64,000 nucleotides of DNA from Eledone cirrhosa. Its lineage: Eukaryota. Shown in pieces: positions 14,440-26,679 of this stretch. The notes under the pieces were generated by a model. The model was not told the origin of the DNA, searched no databases, and worked only from the letters and a program-made list of their open reading frames with translations. The position numbers and the translations under genes are program-made. Position 1 is the first letter of the stretch; each line of letters starts with the position of its first letter. The stretch spans positions 120,094,001 through 120,158,000 of the forward strand of contig OZ024745.1 of assembly GCA_964016885.1 (NCBI GenBank), in the 5' to 3' direction.

Positions 14440-14790
14440 TGAAGAAGGAATTGTGGTAAAGAACCAGATGGGCCATAGCGCACCTGAGTTCTCAATACTT
14501 AGGGTAGTAGAGTGAGTAATAGGAACATGTTTAACCCCGACGGCAGAGCTCAAGCCGTTTCAACGGCTATTTTTGGACTAAATTAGAATGTTCAGCGTGG
14601 TAATAAATAGCCGAACTTTTCAAGGGGTAATTCCTTATATGGGAAGATTGTAGTTGTCAAAAGGATTGGTCAAAATCTCTTGTAAACACAATTAAATCTT
14701 TCATGGCGATGGGTGGGAGGTGGGGTGGCTGAACTTGCCTGTAGAAAAATGAGGGAGTGGGAGGAGCCGGTCAAGCGTTGAAAGTGAATT
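14440..14790 (-). mobile_element. Family D pLTR with tail, longest copy
   Basis: Reverse complement of the D arm and tail, extended upstream to include the 5' half of the hammerhead. Abuts the PLE RT remnant. Confidence 0.8.
14534..14628 (-). ncRNA. Type I hammerhead ribozyme, U3-A8 variant
   Basis: ACCCC-TTGAAAA-GTTCGGCTATTT...AAATAGCCGTT-GAAA-CGGC-TTGAGCTCT-GCCG-TC^GGGGT. Confidence 0.65.
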
Positions 14791-14801
14791 CTATACAGTA
14801 A

Positions 14802-15829
14802 ATTCTCAACCCACGGACTGCCTACTTCACCCTGAAGGACCATAAATCCGACTTCGACCGCAAGCCATCCATCAGGCTTAAAAACCTGATGAAGTCAGAC
14901 ATAGGGAGAATCAGTATAAATATCCTAGACCGCGTTATACCAAAAGTTAAGCATAACGCGAGACTTAGCCTTTGGGTCAGCACTCAGGAAGTCATCTCAT
15001 GGTTCAGGAATGTTGAGGACAAACGGGACACCAAATTTCTCCAGTTCGACTTAGAGAGCTATTACGCCTCTATTACCCTACCGCTCCTTACGGCCGCTTT
15101 GGACTTTGCCAAGACACTCACACCCATCACCGACCAGGAAAGCAACTTATTCTCCACACCAGGAAGACATTCCTCCTCTTCGACAAATCCAAGTGGATAA
15201 AGAGAGCTCCCGACTCCCCCTTCGACGTCAGTATGGGCGCGACCGACTCGGCCGAGGGGATCTATCTTATAGGATTATTCCTACTACATAAACTCACCGA
15301 AATGTTTCCTACATTCGGCGGTGGATTGTAACGAGACGATGGTCTCCTTACCTTCAAAGGGTACAACCCCAGTAGTACAGACCAGGTCCGTAAACAACTA
15401 ATCAACTTCTTCCGGGACTGGGGATTTAAAATCACCCTACAAGCGTCCCTAATCTGAGTCAATTTCCTGGACGTTACCCTCAACCTCGAAAATGATATGT
15501 ACTACCCATACAGGAAACCAAATGACAACCTTCACTACATCCACCGCCGCTCTAACCATCCTAGAAACATCACCAATAGCCTGGTTAAAAACAATCCCTC
15601 CGCATATTTCGTTTGTCCGTTAATGAGCATGTATTCGATGATTATGCGTCTTATTACAACCAGGTCCTCAAGCGAAGCGGCTTTCGGGAGGAAATCTCCT
15701 TTATCCAGCTTCCCTTAGCGGAACGAGCAGGCGACAAAAAAAAACGAACATGTAACTGCAAGTAGACACCGATTGCGTAGGAATTACCTCGCCCTCAAAC
15801 CTCCTCGTGACCCGGTGGGTAGACAATAG
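14802..15829 (+). pseudogene. Penelope-like retroelement reverse transcriptase remnant (GLYRDDGL type, Naiad-like), with frameshifts and stops, EN largely deleted
   Basis: AYFTLKDHK..F...P.IRL.N..KSDIGRIS; FLQFDLESYY.SI; FDVSMG..D.AE; GL*RDDGL (15323-15346); VNFLDVTLNL...YYPYRKPN...YIH..SNHP; KRTCNCK; C-terminal SRHRL. Confidence 0.85.
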
Positions 15830-16280
15830 CTGCAACATCCTTCTTTTCTCCATTTGCCGAACAAGATAGGGGAAACCCCAGCATACATAGGTAATGTACT
15901 TATTTTTCCCTTTATCTCTCTTATCACTTCCTTCCACTCCCTTTTCTCTTCCTTTTCCTTTTTCCTCTTTCGCCTACCATGAGGCAGCCCATCCAGCTTT
16001 TGTAGCTTCAGTGCCCCCACCCCAGTAAATTATATATAGCATTGGCCGAAAACGCAATACCAGCTAAAAATATAGCAGCTGCTTATAGAGATTATTTTAT
16101 TATTTATTACTATTTAATTTTTTTATTATTATTTTCTTTTTTTTGTCTTTTAATTCGTAACTTTATCGAAATCCTAATTTTCTCCGTGTCTATAAAATGA
16201 AGAACCATTTAGGCACTGGGTTTAATTTAATCTATTAACTCTTTCCTCTTAAATGTTTGGTCTTGTAACTATGTTAAAAA

Positions 16281-16650
16281 TAATTGTTTCTACTTTAGGC
16301 ACAAGGCCAGCAATTATCCAGTGCATTACTGGTACTTTATTTTATCGACCCCGTAAGGATGAAAGGCAAAGTCAACCTCGGCGGGATTTGAACTCAGATC
16401 GTAAAGGGACGTAACTATGCTGGAAAGCATGGCGTCCGACCCTCTACCGATACTGCCAATCCACCGTCAACTATGTTAAAAATAATAATTGTTTATACGT
16501 TTGGCACAAGGCCAGCAATTACCCCCAGTGGTACTTTACTGGTACTTTATTTTATCGACCCCGTAAGGATGAAAGGCAAAGTTAACCTCGGCGGGATTTG
16601 AACTCAGAATGGAAAGGGCTGTAACTCTATGCGTCAAAGCATGGCGCCCG
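16281..16650 (-). mobile_element. Two tandem SINEs, main family
   Basis: Copies 16281-16468 and 16485-16650. Confidence 0.85.
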
Positions 16651-16806
16651 AATAATAAATGTGAAGACTAAATTCGAAGAGGGCTCGATAAGGATTATAT
16701 ATATAAATATATATAAAACATCGTAGAGCAAATATTTATTAAAATGACCGATTAAAGTTTAAGCAAAGAATCGCTGCTTTCACCCTTAACGGGATCTTCT
16801 GAGATA
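16651..16806 (-). mobile_element. pLTR-like element with GCTC...GAGC tail (relatives 14107-14222, 13341-13395)
   Basis: Shared ATTCTTTGCTTAAACTTTAATC...AATAAATATTTGCTCT. Degenerate HHR-like CAGAAGA-TCCC-GTTAA-GGGT-GAAA. Confidence 0.5.
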
Positions 16807-16842
16807 TACAGAGAGAGAGAATGACTGAAAAAAAGATATATA

Positions 16843-16928
<86 letters not shown>

Positions 16929-18054
16929 GGGGCGAATCAGGAGAAAGGTAGCCATGAAATTCATAAATATTAGTTACTTACAGCTACATATTGCTAAATA
17001 TTTATATTTATAGAAATGAAATATTCATCTACATACCTTATATTTGGTGGTGAAAACAGGGTGAAAATATTTCGGTTGCCTCTGGTCTAGTACAATTTCT
17101 CTATGATTTCGAATCATACGTATTGTAGTCAGGTGAAATTACAAGATCGAACACCTGGTCCATTCAATCTAAAGCGTCTGCTTTTGTTTCGTTTTCGCGC
17201 TTGAATTTTTATTTCAGACACTACTTAATTCTGTCGCGAAAAATGTAATAATTATTATGCGACGTCAACACATGTGTTGACGTCGCATAGGTTTTATTAA
17301 TGATCTCGTTTTGAAAACTAATTTGAACCGCTTCACTTGAATTGGAACATCAATATAAACCTTCCAGTTAAGCGAGAGGAGGCTTAATTTCTGATGGAGT
17401 CGTAGGGACTCCGTCCTGATACACTGCCTGTCATTGGCATTTAAAACCCGGTGGAACAGCCATTCCCTCTCGTGATCGAAATACAACCAATTTCTTCTAG
17501 AGAATGACAGAGAGAAAGAGACTCGAGTAAGATGGTCTCGGCTGCTCTCACTTGTGGAACAATCGGTAACAATTGGAGACAGTCGCTCCTGATAGGACCC
17601 ACTGGGTGGCCTGTTTGAGACTCTGTCCCCACGACCCTCTCAAGAAGAAGAAAAAAAAAGGAAGAAGAGGGTAAAAGTTGAACATGGCTGAATTTGAATT
17701 CAGAGAGAAGTTAGCCGTAACGAATACTGTGGTATTTGTAATCATTGCCCTAACAACTCTGACAATTCAGAATATAGAAGCAGATAAAGATTATAATAAT
17801 GTGGATGAATGACCGGCTTTGATATATTAAAGCATGTCTCACGACCATTTTGAAAAGAGTTCTCTAAACTTGCATTTAATTCACAATAGACTCATCAAAT
17901 ATGGAATAGTTAACGCTGAAACATATGTGGTCCTAGGATTTGCTCTATTGAGGTTTATTTTGTGTGCAAAACAAAAACGCAATACACTGCAACTTCAAAG
18001 AGGTTTTAATTTCTGCTTTGAAATTCGTGCTGATCAACATCATGGGTAACTACT

Positions 18055-18402
18055 GAGCCGCAGGTTTTATATCGGAGTTATCCGAGTTTCCTGAGTTGCC
18101 TTATCCTAGAAGAATGCCCTGACAAAGGCTAGGGGTCCTTCACTCCCAGTGAGTACATGTGTATATACATATTTACGGTACATGTGTATATACATATTTA
18201 CAAACTTTCGGATGGCCGTTGACTCTTATGAGTTCTTCCGCCCTTTGTAAGGTTTTATTTTTTGTCCTGCAGGGTGTCCAAAATCACCCTCCTCACCAAG
18301 TAAACTTGGTGAGGTTGCCGGTTTAGTCGCTGACGACCCGACCATGCACCAGGTTGTACTGGGTTACATGTTACCAGTAGCACTCAATAGTGACCCGACA
18401 TA
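18055..18402 (-). mobile_element. RTE-type 5' UTR fragment
   Basis: Homologous to 40373-40650. Confidence 0.6.
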
Positions 18403-18429
18403 CATACATATATACAAACATACATACAT

Positions 18430-18720
18430 TTGGACCAACAACCGCTATATTGGCTCCCACTTTCAAGGATACGCTTTTGCAATCCAAGAACAGGAAATTA
18501 ACACGAAATACCTGATGCACAAAAGTGATATGGATGCAGGCAAAACACCTAGATGTGATAACAAGTGCAGACTCTGCCGAACTAACATTGAAGATATCAC
18601 CCATGTCATCGGCAGCTGTCCAAAAATGTCATCGCGGTACTATCTACCTATGAGGCATGATGTAGTCGCCAAAACACTGTACAATGTAATCCGTAGAAAA
18701 GATAGCCCCGATAATAAACA
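18430..18720 (+). mobile_element. R4/Dong-like RLE LINE fragment (CCHC zinc knuckle)
   Basis: AIQEQEINTKY...DNKCRLC...EDITHVIGSCP....YYLPMRHD.VAK. Confidence 0.8.
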
Positions 18721-19802
18721 CGCGCGTTCTTGGCCAAGCCGGTATGAATTTTTTTTCTCTCTCTCTCTCACTCGTCTGCGACTTCACAGAACTTATGTTT
18801 ACCGAATTCGCAGACCAGACCCCTTCTTCTTCCCCCCGTTAGACCTGTGCGAAATTCCTTCCTTGCTCACATTTCAACCAGGTTTGATGGTCTTTTGTCT
18901 CTTGTTCACGATTTCACCGAGTTTATATTCATAGAAATCTGGGACTTGTCTCTTTCTTCTCACTTTCCGTTGCTTAAACCATTTTGTTTGTTCACCCTAA
19001 CGTCCCCTTTATTTACGTGTCCCAACGACTTTTTTTAGCCGTTGTTCGCACCAACCTGAGGTATATGGCCCTTAAAGCGATGAAATGCCTGGGACGGTTG
19101 GAGGGTCACTGATGAAGGACTTACTTTTTCATATGTATCCCATTTGCAACGCGCAGCTCCATTATTATCATATTTACACATATTTTTTCTTCTGCTGCCA
19201 CCCGTCTGTTTCGTTCTTTGTATCTTTACCCTTTCTAGCAGTCTCTCTCTCTGTTAGCCTCCTCCTCAACTTTCACTCACTCATTCTCTGTCACTACCTC
19301 TCCTCCTCCTCCTCTTTCCTCCTCTTTCTTCCCGCTTGACCTTTCCGATTTCTTTTCTCGCGCGTTCTTGGTCAAGCCGGTATGAAATTTTTTTTCTCTC
19401 TCTCTCTCTCGTCTGCGACTTCACAGAACTTATGTTTACCGAATTCGCAGACCAGACCCCTTCTTCTTCCCCCCGTTAGACCTGTGCGAAATTCCTTCCT
19501 TGCTCACATTTCAACCAGGTTTGATGGTCTTTTGTCTCTTGTTCACGATTTCACCGAGTTTATATTCATAGAAATCTGGGACTTGTCTCTTTCTTCTCAC
19601 TTTCCGTTGCTTAAACCATTTTGTTTGTTCACCCTAACGTCCCCTTTATTTACGTGTCCCAACGACTTTTTTTAGCCGTTGTTCGCCCCAACCTGAGGTA
19701 TATGGCCCGTAAAGCGATGAAATGCCTGGGACGGTTGGAGGGTCACTGATGAAGGACTTACTTTTTCATATGTATCCCATTTGCAACGCGCAGCTCCATT
19801 AT

Positions 19803-19806
<4 letters not shown>
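18721..19806 (+). repeat. Direct repeat of about 447 bp (18721-19168 and 19359-19806)
   Basis: Near-identical copies 638 bp apart, each ending with a degenerate CTGATGA...GCAACGCGCA motif. Confidence 0.85.
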
Positions 19807-19835
<29 letters not shown>

Positions 19836-19838
<3 letters not shown>

Positions 19839-20091
19839 ACGTGATGCGCATGGAGGATGACCGATGGGGGAAGAAGTGCCAAGAAATGCCAGTTGAAGGA
19901 AGACGTAGTAGAGATAGACCACGAAAAACATGGGCGGAGGTGGTGAGACCAGACCTCAGATCGCTGAAGCTCACGGAGTAAACGACGAAGGACCGTGACA
20001 AGTGGAGAGATGCTGTACTGAATAGGACTCGTCCCATCCTTGCAAGCAGGGGAAAGCGGATGTAAAATGTTGATGATGATGATGATGATGA
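19836..20091 (+). mobile_element. RTE LINE 3' end
   Basis: VMRMEDDRW.KKC....VEGRR.R.RPRKTW.EVV..DL...DRDKWR, followed by a (GAT)n tail. Confidence 0.85.
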
Positions 20092-20244
20092 TTTATGCAC
20101 ATATAAATATACATATTTGAATTATACTTATATATTCCGAGGTTAACTTTTCCTTTCATCCTTACGGGGTCGATAAAATAAAGTACCAGTAAGTAATGCA
20201 CTGATTAATTGCTGGCCTTGTGCCAAAAGTAGAAACAATTATAT

Positions 20245-20600
20245 ATGTATATATATATATATGTGTGTGTGTGTGTGCGCGCGCGCGGGTGTGTATGTGA
20301 CTGTGTGTGTCTGTGTCATTGTGCCTGTGTGTGTGTGTGTATTTGTTTGTGTCTGGGTGTATGCGTGCGTGTGTGTGCGTGTGTCTGTCTGTATGTGTGT
20401 CTGTATGTGTGCGTGTGTGTCTGTCTGGCTGTCTGTCTGTGTGTATGGGTGTATGCGCGTGTGTGTGAGTGTGTCTGTGTGTCTGTGTGTGTGTGTGTGT
20501 CTGTCTGTCTGTCTGTGTGTATGTGTGTGTGGGGGTCTGTCTGTCTGTCTGTGTGTGCGCCTGTGTCTGTGTGTGCGTGTATGTGTGTATGTCTGCCTGT

Positions 20601-20637
<37 letters not shown>

Positions 20638-21200
20638 TGTCTGTCTCTGTGTGTGTGTGTCTGTGTCTGTGTGTGTGTGTGTGTATGCGTGCGTGTGTGT
20701 CTGTATGTCTGTCTGTGTGCGTGTGTGTCTGTCTGTCGGTGTGTGTGTGTGTGTCTGTGTGTGTGTGTCTGTCTGTCGGTGTGTATGTGTGTCTGTCTGT
20801 CGGTGTGTATGTGTGTCTGTGTGTCTGTGTGTGTGTGTCTGTGTGTGTGTATGTGTGCGTGTGTGTCTGTATGTATGTGTGTGTGTGTGTCTGTGTGTGT
20901 GTGTGTGTGCGTGTGTGTCTGTATGTATGTGTGTGTGTGTGTGCCTGTGTGTGTGTGTATGTATGTGTGTGTCTGTCTGTCGGTGTGTCTGTCTGTCGGT
21001 GTGTGTGTGTCTGTGTGTGTGTCTGTGTGTGGGTGTTTGTGTGTGGGTGTCTGTGTGTGTGTGTCTGTGTGTGTGTCTGTGTGTCGGTGTTTGTGTGTGT
21101 GTGTGTGTGTCTGTGTGTGTGTGTGTGTATGTGTGCGTGTGTGTCTGTATGTATGTGTGTGTGTGTGTCTGTGTGTGTCTGTGTGTGGGGGTGTGTGTGC
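20245..21200. repeat. Compound (GT)n/(CTGT)n microsatellite
   Basis: Directly visible. SINE 3' fragments on each side (20137-20240, 21455-21545). Confidence 0.95.
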
Positions 21201-21946
21201 CTATGTCTGGCTCTACAGCTCTACAGCTCTACCGCTCTACTATACTGCCATAGTACACATATCTATATATTTCCTAATTAAGACATTCTTTATTAATTCT
21301 TAATTAAAGATGTGAGAGACTGTCGCAACTTTCAGTTGTTCTTTGCACAATTGTTAGAAAGTAGAAAGGATTTGTGATATTGATCCTATTCTATATATAG
21401 ATTATTTTCTCTGTGGGTTAATCAATATTAATTAATAAAGTTATGGTTGTGTTTCATTTGACTTTGCCTTTCATCCTTACGGGGTCGATAAAATAAAGCA
21501 CCAGTAATGCACTGGGGTAATTGCTGGCCTTGTCCCAAAAGTACATATGAGCTCTTCCGAAATTATCACCGAGATAGAAATTATAAACATTTCCTCTTTA
21601 AAGATAGTCGTATTACATTACAGACAAGCAAGCAAGCAATCAGAGAGTTTTAGTAGTATATAGATAGATAATTACCCGTTTATTTCCGTCTTTGTGAGAG
21701 CCAGACAATCAGAACTGGCCATTTATTCTTTTCCGTTGTCATTTTATTCCATTACATTTTTATTTTGTTTTTATGCATTGATCTTATGCTTTTAGAAGCA
21801 ACTCCGGCTCTTCACCCGTTATTTTTGCATTGCCATATCTTTTGTGTTATTCATGTTTTATTTCCAACCAACACCTAGACACTCTAAGACACGGAAGTGT
21901 GTGGGACACAATGTATTTTTATACAGCCACTTATATAGGGTTCCAT

Positions 21947-22214
21947 CACTAGGGTGCAGAAAGGGGAGGGGCACGGTGCGTTGGCCCCATGCATTCTTTG
22001 GATGGGGGCATCATTTGGGGAAAAGAACTTTATAAATTTGATTGATTTATATTAAAATCGAATAAAGTGTTTATTTCATGTTTCATCTGTGTTTATATAT
22101 TCAAAATATTTTCCTTTCTCATAATATTTCTCAGTATATTAGGCCTTATACTTGAGTCTTCGGGGCATGCAATCAAGATTTTCCCGGACATCACCAGAGC
22201 TCTATACGCCGCTG
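21947..22214. mobile_element. hAT-type MITE
   Basis: 8-bp TSD GGTTCCAT (21939-21946 and 22215-22222). Imperfect TIR CACTAGGGTGCAGA / TCTATACGCCGCTG. Confidence 0.7.
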
Positions 22215-22694
22215 GGTTCCATTTATGTTGCAAACCCCCATTCCCACCCTGGAGTCCATAAATTATGTATCAAGCATGTAGTGAGATTGATTTAATCGAC
22301 TGTAGCATCATCGCTAATATGAGGTAATGTTGAAAACAAGGATGGCTTGATTGGTGCAACAGCTTTTCTGATCCGACTAAATACTCATATAGATAAATAA
22401 CTCACCCTACGTCGTTAATTGCTTCCAGAAGTCAAGACTGATTATATAATATTAATAAAAACCGCCGAAAATTCGAAAGTGACGAAACTCGAAACGACGT
22501 AAGCTGAGTTATGTATGTATGAGCCCGTAAATCCTGATAGAGTTGTAGGAGCGTCGTATTGACAATACGGCGTTTCTTGGATATTTTAAACCTGGCTGAG
22601 CTCATCTCTCTCTCTCTAGGTCTCAATACAGCAGATTTCTTCCAGAGAAAAATAGAATGTGGGAGGAAATGAGAAAGAGATATAGAGGAAGAAT

Positions 22695-22840
22695 CTCCAG
22701 TACTTGACTGGTACTTTTTTTATCGACCTCGAAAGGATGAAAGGCAAAGTTGACCTCGGTGGGATTTGAACTCAGAGAGCAGAGAGTCGGAACAAATATC
22801 ATAAAACATTCTATCCGACATTCTAAGCACTCTGCCACCT
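22695..22840 (-). mobile_element. SINE, main-family variant (similar copies 37455-37615, 58525-58690)
   Basis: Core GAAAGGATGAAAGGCAAAGTTGACCTCGGTGGGATTTGAACTC. Confidence 0.8.
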
Positions 22841-23044
22841 AGCTGAGTTATACCTGTAATTATATATTGTGGATATGTAGATTTTAATAAAATAGGATAT
22901 AGGTGGATATTTCGCGGACAGAAAGACTGAGCATTTCTCTTTCGCTTAAGAGATCAGATTATAAAAAGTGTGACCGGAGAAGATAGTATCGATTTCAGGT
23001 GATCTTAAAGATTCTTAAGATGTGTTCGTTTTAGTGAGCCTACA

Positions 23045-23108
<64 letters not shown>

Positions 23109-23203
23109 TTCGAATCTCATTTATATTAAAACTTTTATACTCTGCAATGTATTGAGTACCTTACTTACTGTGGTTACCTCCGATTCAACCCGGAATAACG
23201 TAC

Positions 23204-23275
<72 letters not shown>

Positions 23276-23557
23276 TTATTTATACGCAGAGAAGAATAAA
23301 TAAATAAACAGATTAAATAAAGATGGCGTAGACATACACTGTTGCAGATGTGCAACGAAAGAATTTTGTTAGACTATATATATGCGTTTGTGTCTATATT
23401 ATATCTGTATTTTTGACCGTTGGTCAGTCAAGGGTAAACATTGAGGACCGAATGAATTAACTGATATAAAAGATACAGAAGCGAAAACCAACCAAACAGT
23501 GAGTTCTGTTATTAATTCTGACAATATTATTATAACAATATGACCCTCCCCAAGTAT

Positions 23558-23609
<52 letters not shown>

Positions 23610-23829
23610 CATAAAAGTCCAGAGTTGGATCAATCAGTAATGGCTCCCTAAAATATCTGGCAATATACAAATCCATTCTATTCCAAATTCACACCACGAC
23701 AGTTGTGGTTTTCCTCTTCCCCAGGTAGATACAATAACTAACAGTCAAGTGTTATGGTCTTTATAATCGCTTCTCTTTCCCACAAACATTTATGGCGCTT
23801 TATAAGTAATTAACAAGTCTGACTTCTGC

Positions 23830-23904
23830 CAGTAGCAGTAGCAGTAGTAGTAGTAGTAGTAGTGGTGGTGGTGGTGGTGGTGGTGGTGGTGGTGGTAGTA
23901 GTAA

Positions 23905-23981
<77 letters not shown>

Positions 23982-24008
23982 TTGGTGGTGGTGTTGTTGT
24001 TGGTGGTG

Positions 24009-24050
<42 letters not shown>

Positions 24051-24077
24051 GTAGTAGTAGTAGTGGTGTTGGTGGTG

Positions 24078-24146
<69 letters not shown>

Positions 24147-24201
24147 TTGGTGGTGGTGGTGGTGGTGGTGGTGGTGGTGGTAGTAGTAGTAGTAGTAGTA
24201 T

Positions 24202-24252
<51 letters not shown>

Positions 24253-24352
24253 AGTGATGTGGTGGAGTATGCAGCAGCAACAACAGCAGCAGCAACAACA
24301 GCAGCAGCAACAGCAGCAGCAACAGTAGCAGCAGCGACAGCAGCAGCAGCAA
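23830..24352. repeat. Trinucleotide array (TAG)n/(TGG)n/(CAG,CAA)n
   Basis: Directly visible. Confidence 0.95.
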
Positions 24353-24496
24353 CACACGGTTCAATAACCTTCCTTTAATAATCAACGAAGCAATTCAATA
24401 AACGTTAATTTGAAGTTAGATATTCAAAGAGAATACTAACAAAAGGAAATCGCTTTTAAAAGGGATCAATATATATATGTACACACACATACACAC

Positions 24497-24547
<51 letters not shown>

Positions 24548-24567
24548 CACACGCACACACACACGCG

Positions 24568-24644
<77 letters not shown>

Positions 24645-24727
24645 GTGTGTGTGTGTGTTCGGATCTAGCTGTCGAAACGGCCAGAGCTCAGCCGTCGGGG
24701 TCCTGACTCTCTTCCTGTATATATATG

Positions 24728-24774
<47 letters not shown>

Positions 24775-24800
24775 GTGTGCGTGTGCGTGTGTGTGTGTGC

Positions 24801-24909
<109 letters not shown>

Positions 24910-24927
24910 TGTGTGTGTGCGCGTGTG

Positions 24928-24978
<51 letters not shown>

Positions 24979-25169
24979 GTGTGTGTGCGTGTGTGTGCGT
25001 GTGTGTGTATAACGAAGGAAGTGTGGTAAGGAACCAGGTGGACCATAACGCACCAGAGTACTCGATACTTTGGGTAGTAGAGTGAGTAATATGTATATAT
25101 ATGTATGATATACTTTTTTCTTATATTCTTTCCTTAAGTTTTCTTACACCCTAATATTAATATTAACCT

Positions 25170-25282
25170 CATTCAAATCCCGCCGAGGTTGACTTTGCCT
25201 TTCATCCTTACGGGGTCGATAAAATAAAGTACCTGTGAGGCACTGGGTAGTTGCTGGCCTTGTGCCTAAAGTAGAAACAATT
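25170..25282 (+). mobile_element. SINE 3' part, main family
   Basis: Core and tail, flanked by the direct repeat TTAATATTAACCTCATTC (likely TSD). Confidence 0.8.
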
Positions 25283-25392
25283 AATATTAACCTCATTCTC
25301 TTCTTCCCTTAAAAAATAATCCTAATAATTATTTAAATTTACCTAGCGTTTAAATATAACGATCTTTTTGAACTTTACGTTATCCTCATTAA

Positions 25393-25745
25393 CATATTCA
25401 TCCTAAGATTTGAATTTCTTTTTCACTATTCAAACAGAACTTAAAACGATAAGTTCTTGTTTTTGGATATGTCACTATCTGTAAAACAACTTTTGTATTT
25501 TATCTGGTGAGGGCGTGCCAAAATTGTGGTACCCTTGAAATATATATCATAAAATAAATATCGTTTTATAAAGATAGTTTCCATTTATTAATATTATTGA
25601 TATTATACTCCAGAAGAATACTGTAGAGTGCTTCGAATTTGTTATGAATAAATTTGTTGAATAACCAACAAATTAAACAACTATTATATATATATATATT
25701 CTGTTTGAATTGTGAAAAAGAAATTCAAATCTTAGGATGAATATG
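25393..25745 (+). mobile_element. Family B pLTR element
   Basis: HHR, then ATAGTTTCCATTT, then tail TACTCCAG...TGTAGAGTGCT (about 25606-25632). 47-bp inverted repeat 25393-25439 / 25699-25745. Confidence 0.7.
25496..25556 (+). ncRNA. Type I hammerhead ribozyme (A6G lesion)
   Basis: TATTTTAT-CTGGTGA-GGGCGTGCCA-AAATTG-TGGTACCCTT-GAAA-T-ATAT-A-TC^ATAAAATA. Confidence 0.6.
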
Positions 25746-25827
25746 AATGTCTATATACATATGTATGTATATATACATCCATATATATATATATTGATGT
25801 ATGTATACATACATAGACACACACACA

Positions 25828-25860
<33 letters not shown>

Positions 25861-25864
<4 letters not shown>

Positions 25865-26371
25865 ACAGGAGGCTGGACTGGTGTAATTCCTTAAAGTTTA
25901 TTATACTATGAACATATCAATGACCGGGTTCAGTAAGAATCCGGTGACATCATCAGGTATTAGAAATTGAACAAAGGAATATAATAGACACAATCCATGG
26001 GACTGAAATGGCAAAGAATCGGCCAACCGGATTGGAAACTGCTAAATGTTCGACCGCCTTCTCGTCTCTCTGCCTTTTCAGCCCCATGGATTGTGTCTAT
26101 TTTATTCCGTTTTTAATTTCGAATACCTGGTGATGTCACCGAATTCATACTGAACCCGGTCATTGAAATGTTCATAGTATAATAAACATTTAAGGAATTA
26201 CACTAGTCCAGCCTCCTGTTATTTTATAATAACTAACTCCGTACTCGCACCACCAACAACACAAACGTAGACGGGTGAGTTGCATTACGTCGAGTGCTCT
26301 CCCTAATATTACATCAAGGTTGACTATACGGAATGACCAGTTCCATCCAGTGGTGAACCAATAAACATAAA

Positions 26372-26375
<4 letters not shown>
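25861..26375 (+). mobile_element. Family I inverted pLTR element with two hammerhead copies
   Basis: About 155-bp inverted arms 25861-26016 / 26066-26223. HHR folds at 25903-25960 (-; CTGATGA, GATA) and 26123-26180 (+; CTGGTGA, GAAA). Tail TACTCG...CGAGTGCT (26242-26298). Confidence 0.8.
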
Positions 26376-26418
<43 letters not shown>

Positions 26419-26420
<2 letters not shown>

Positions 26421-26630
26421 GATATTAAACAAATGGAAACTATATTTATAAAACCATATATATAACGAAAATATATATAACGAAAATATATATAACGAAA
26501 TAAATATGGTTTTATAAATATAGTTTCCATTTGTTTAATATCGTAAACCTACTCCAGAAACTGTTGAGTGCTTTTATATCAGTTATAAAATATTTACTCG
26601 TTGTAACCCAACAATCTTAAATAAAACTTT

Positions 26631-26635
<5 letters not shown>
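26419..26635 (+). mobile_element. Family B short palindromic copy
   Basis: Arms 26419-26459 / 26503-26544. Three 15-nt repeats ATATATATAACGAAA (26456-26500). Tail TACTCCAG...TTGAGTGCT. Confidence 0.75.

Positions 26636-26679
<44 letters not shown>

Noticed and set aside
15455-15457. In-frame TGA in the PLE RT as selenocysteine (reported for some Naiad elements)
   Set aside because: The copy also has a TAA in the catalytic motif and frameshifts, and no SECIS was recognised. Decay is the simpler explanation unless the family consensus keeps the TGA.
17265-17745. Host exon in a GC-richer island
   Set aside because: It overlaps an old dispersed repeat, and no recognisable domain or supported splice pattern was found.
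20245-21303. Long Cys/Val, Tyr/Ile, His/Thr and poly-amino-acid ORFs (also 5208-5723, 23800-25085, 44308-45099, 61006-63562)
   Set aside because: They are translations of microsatellites with no domain content.
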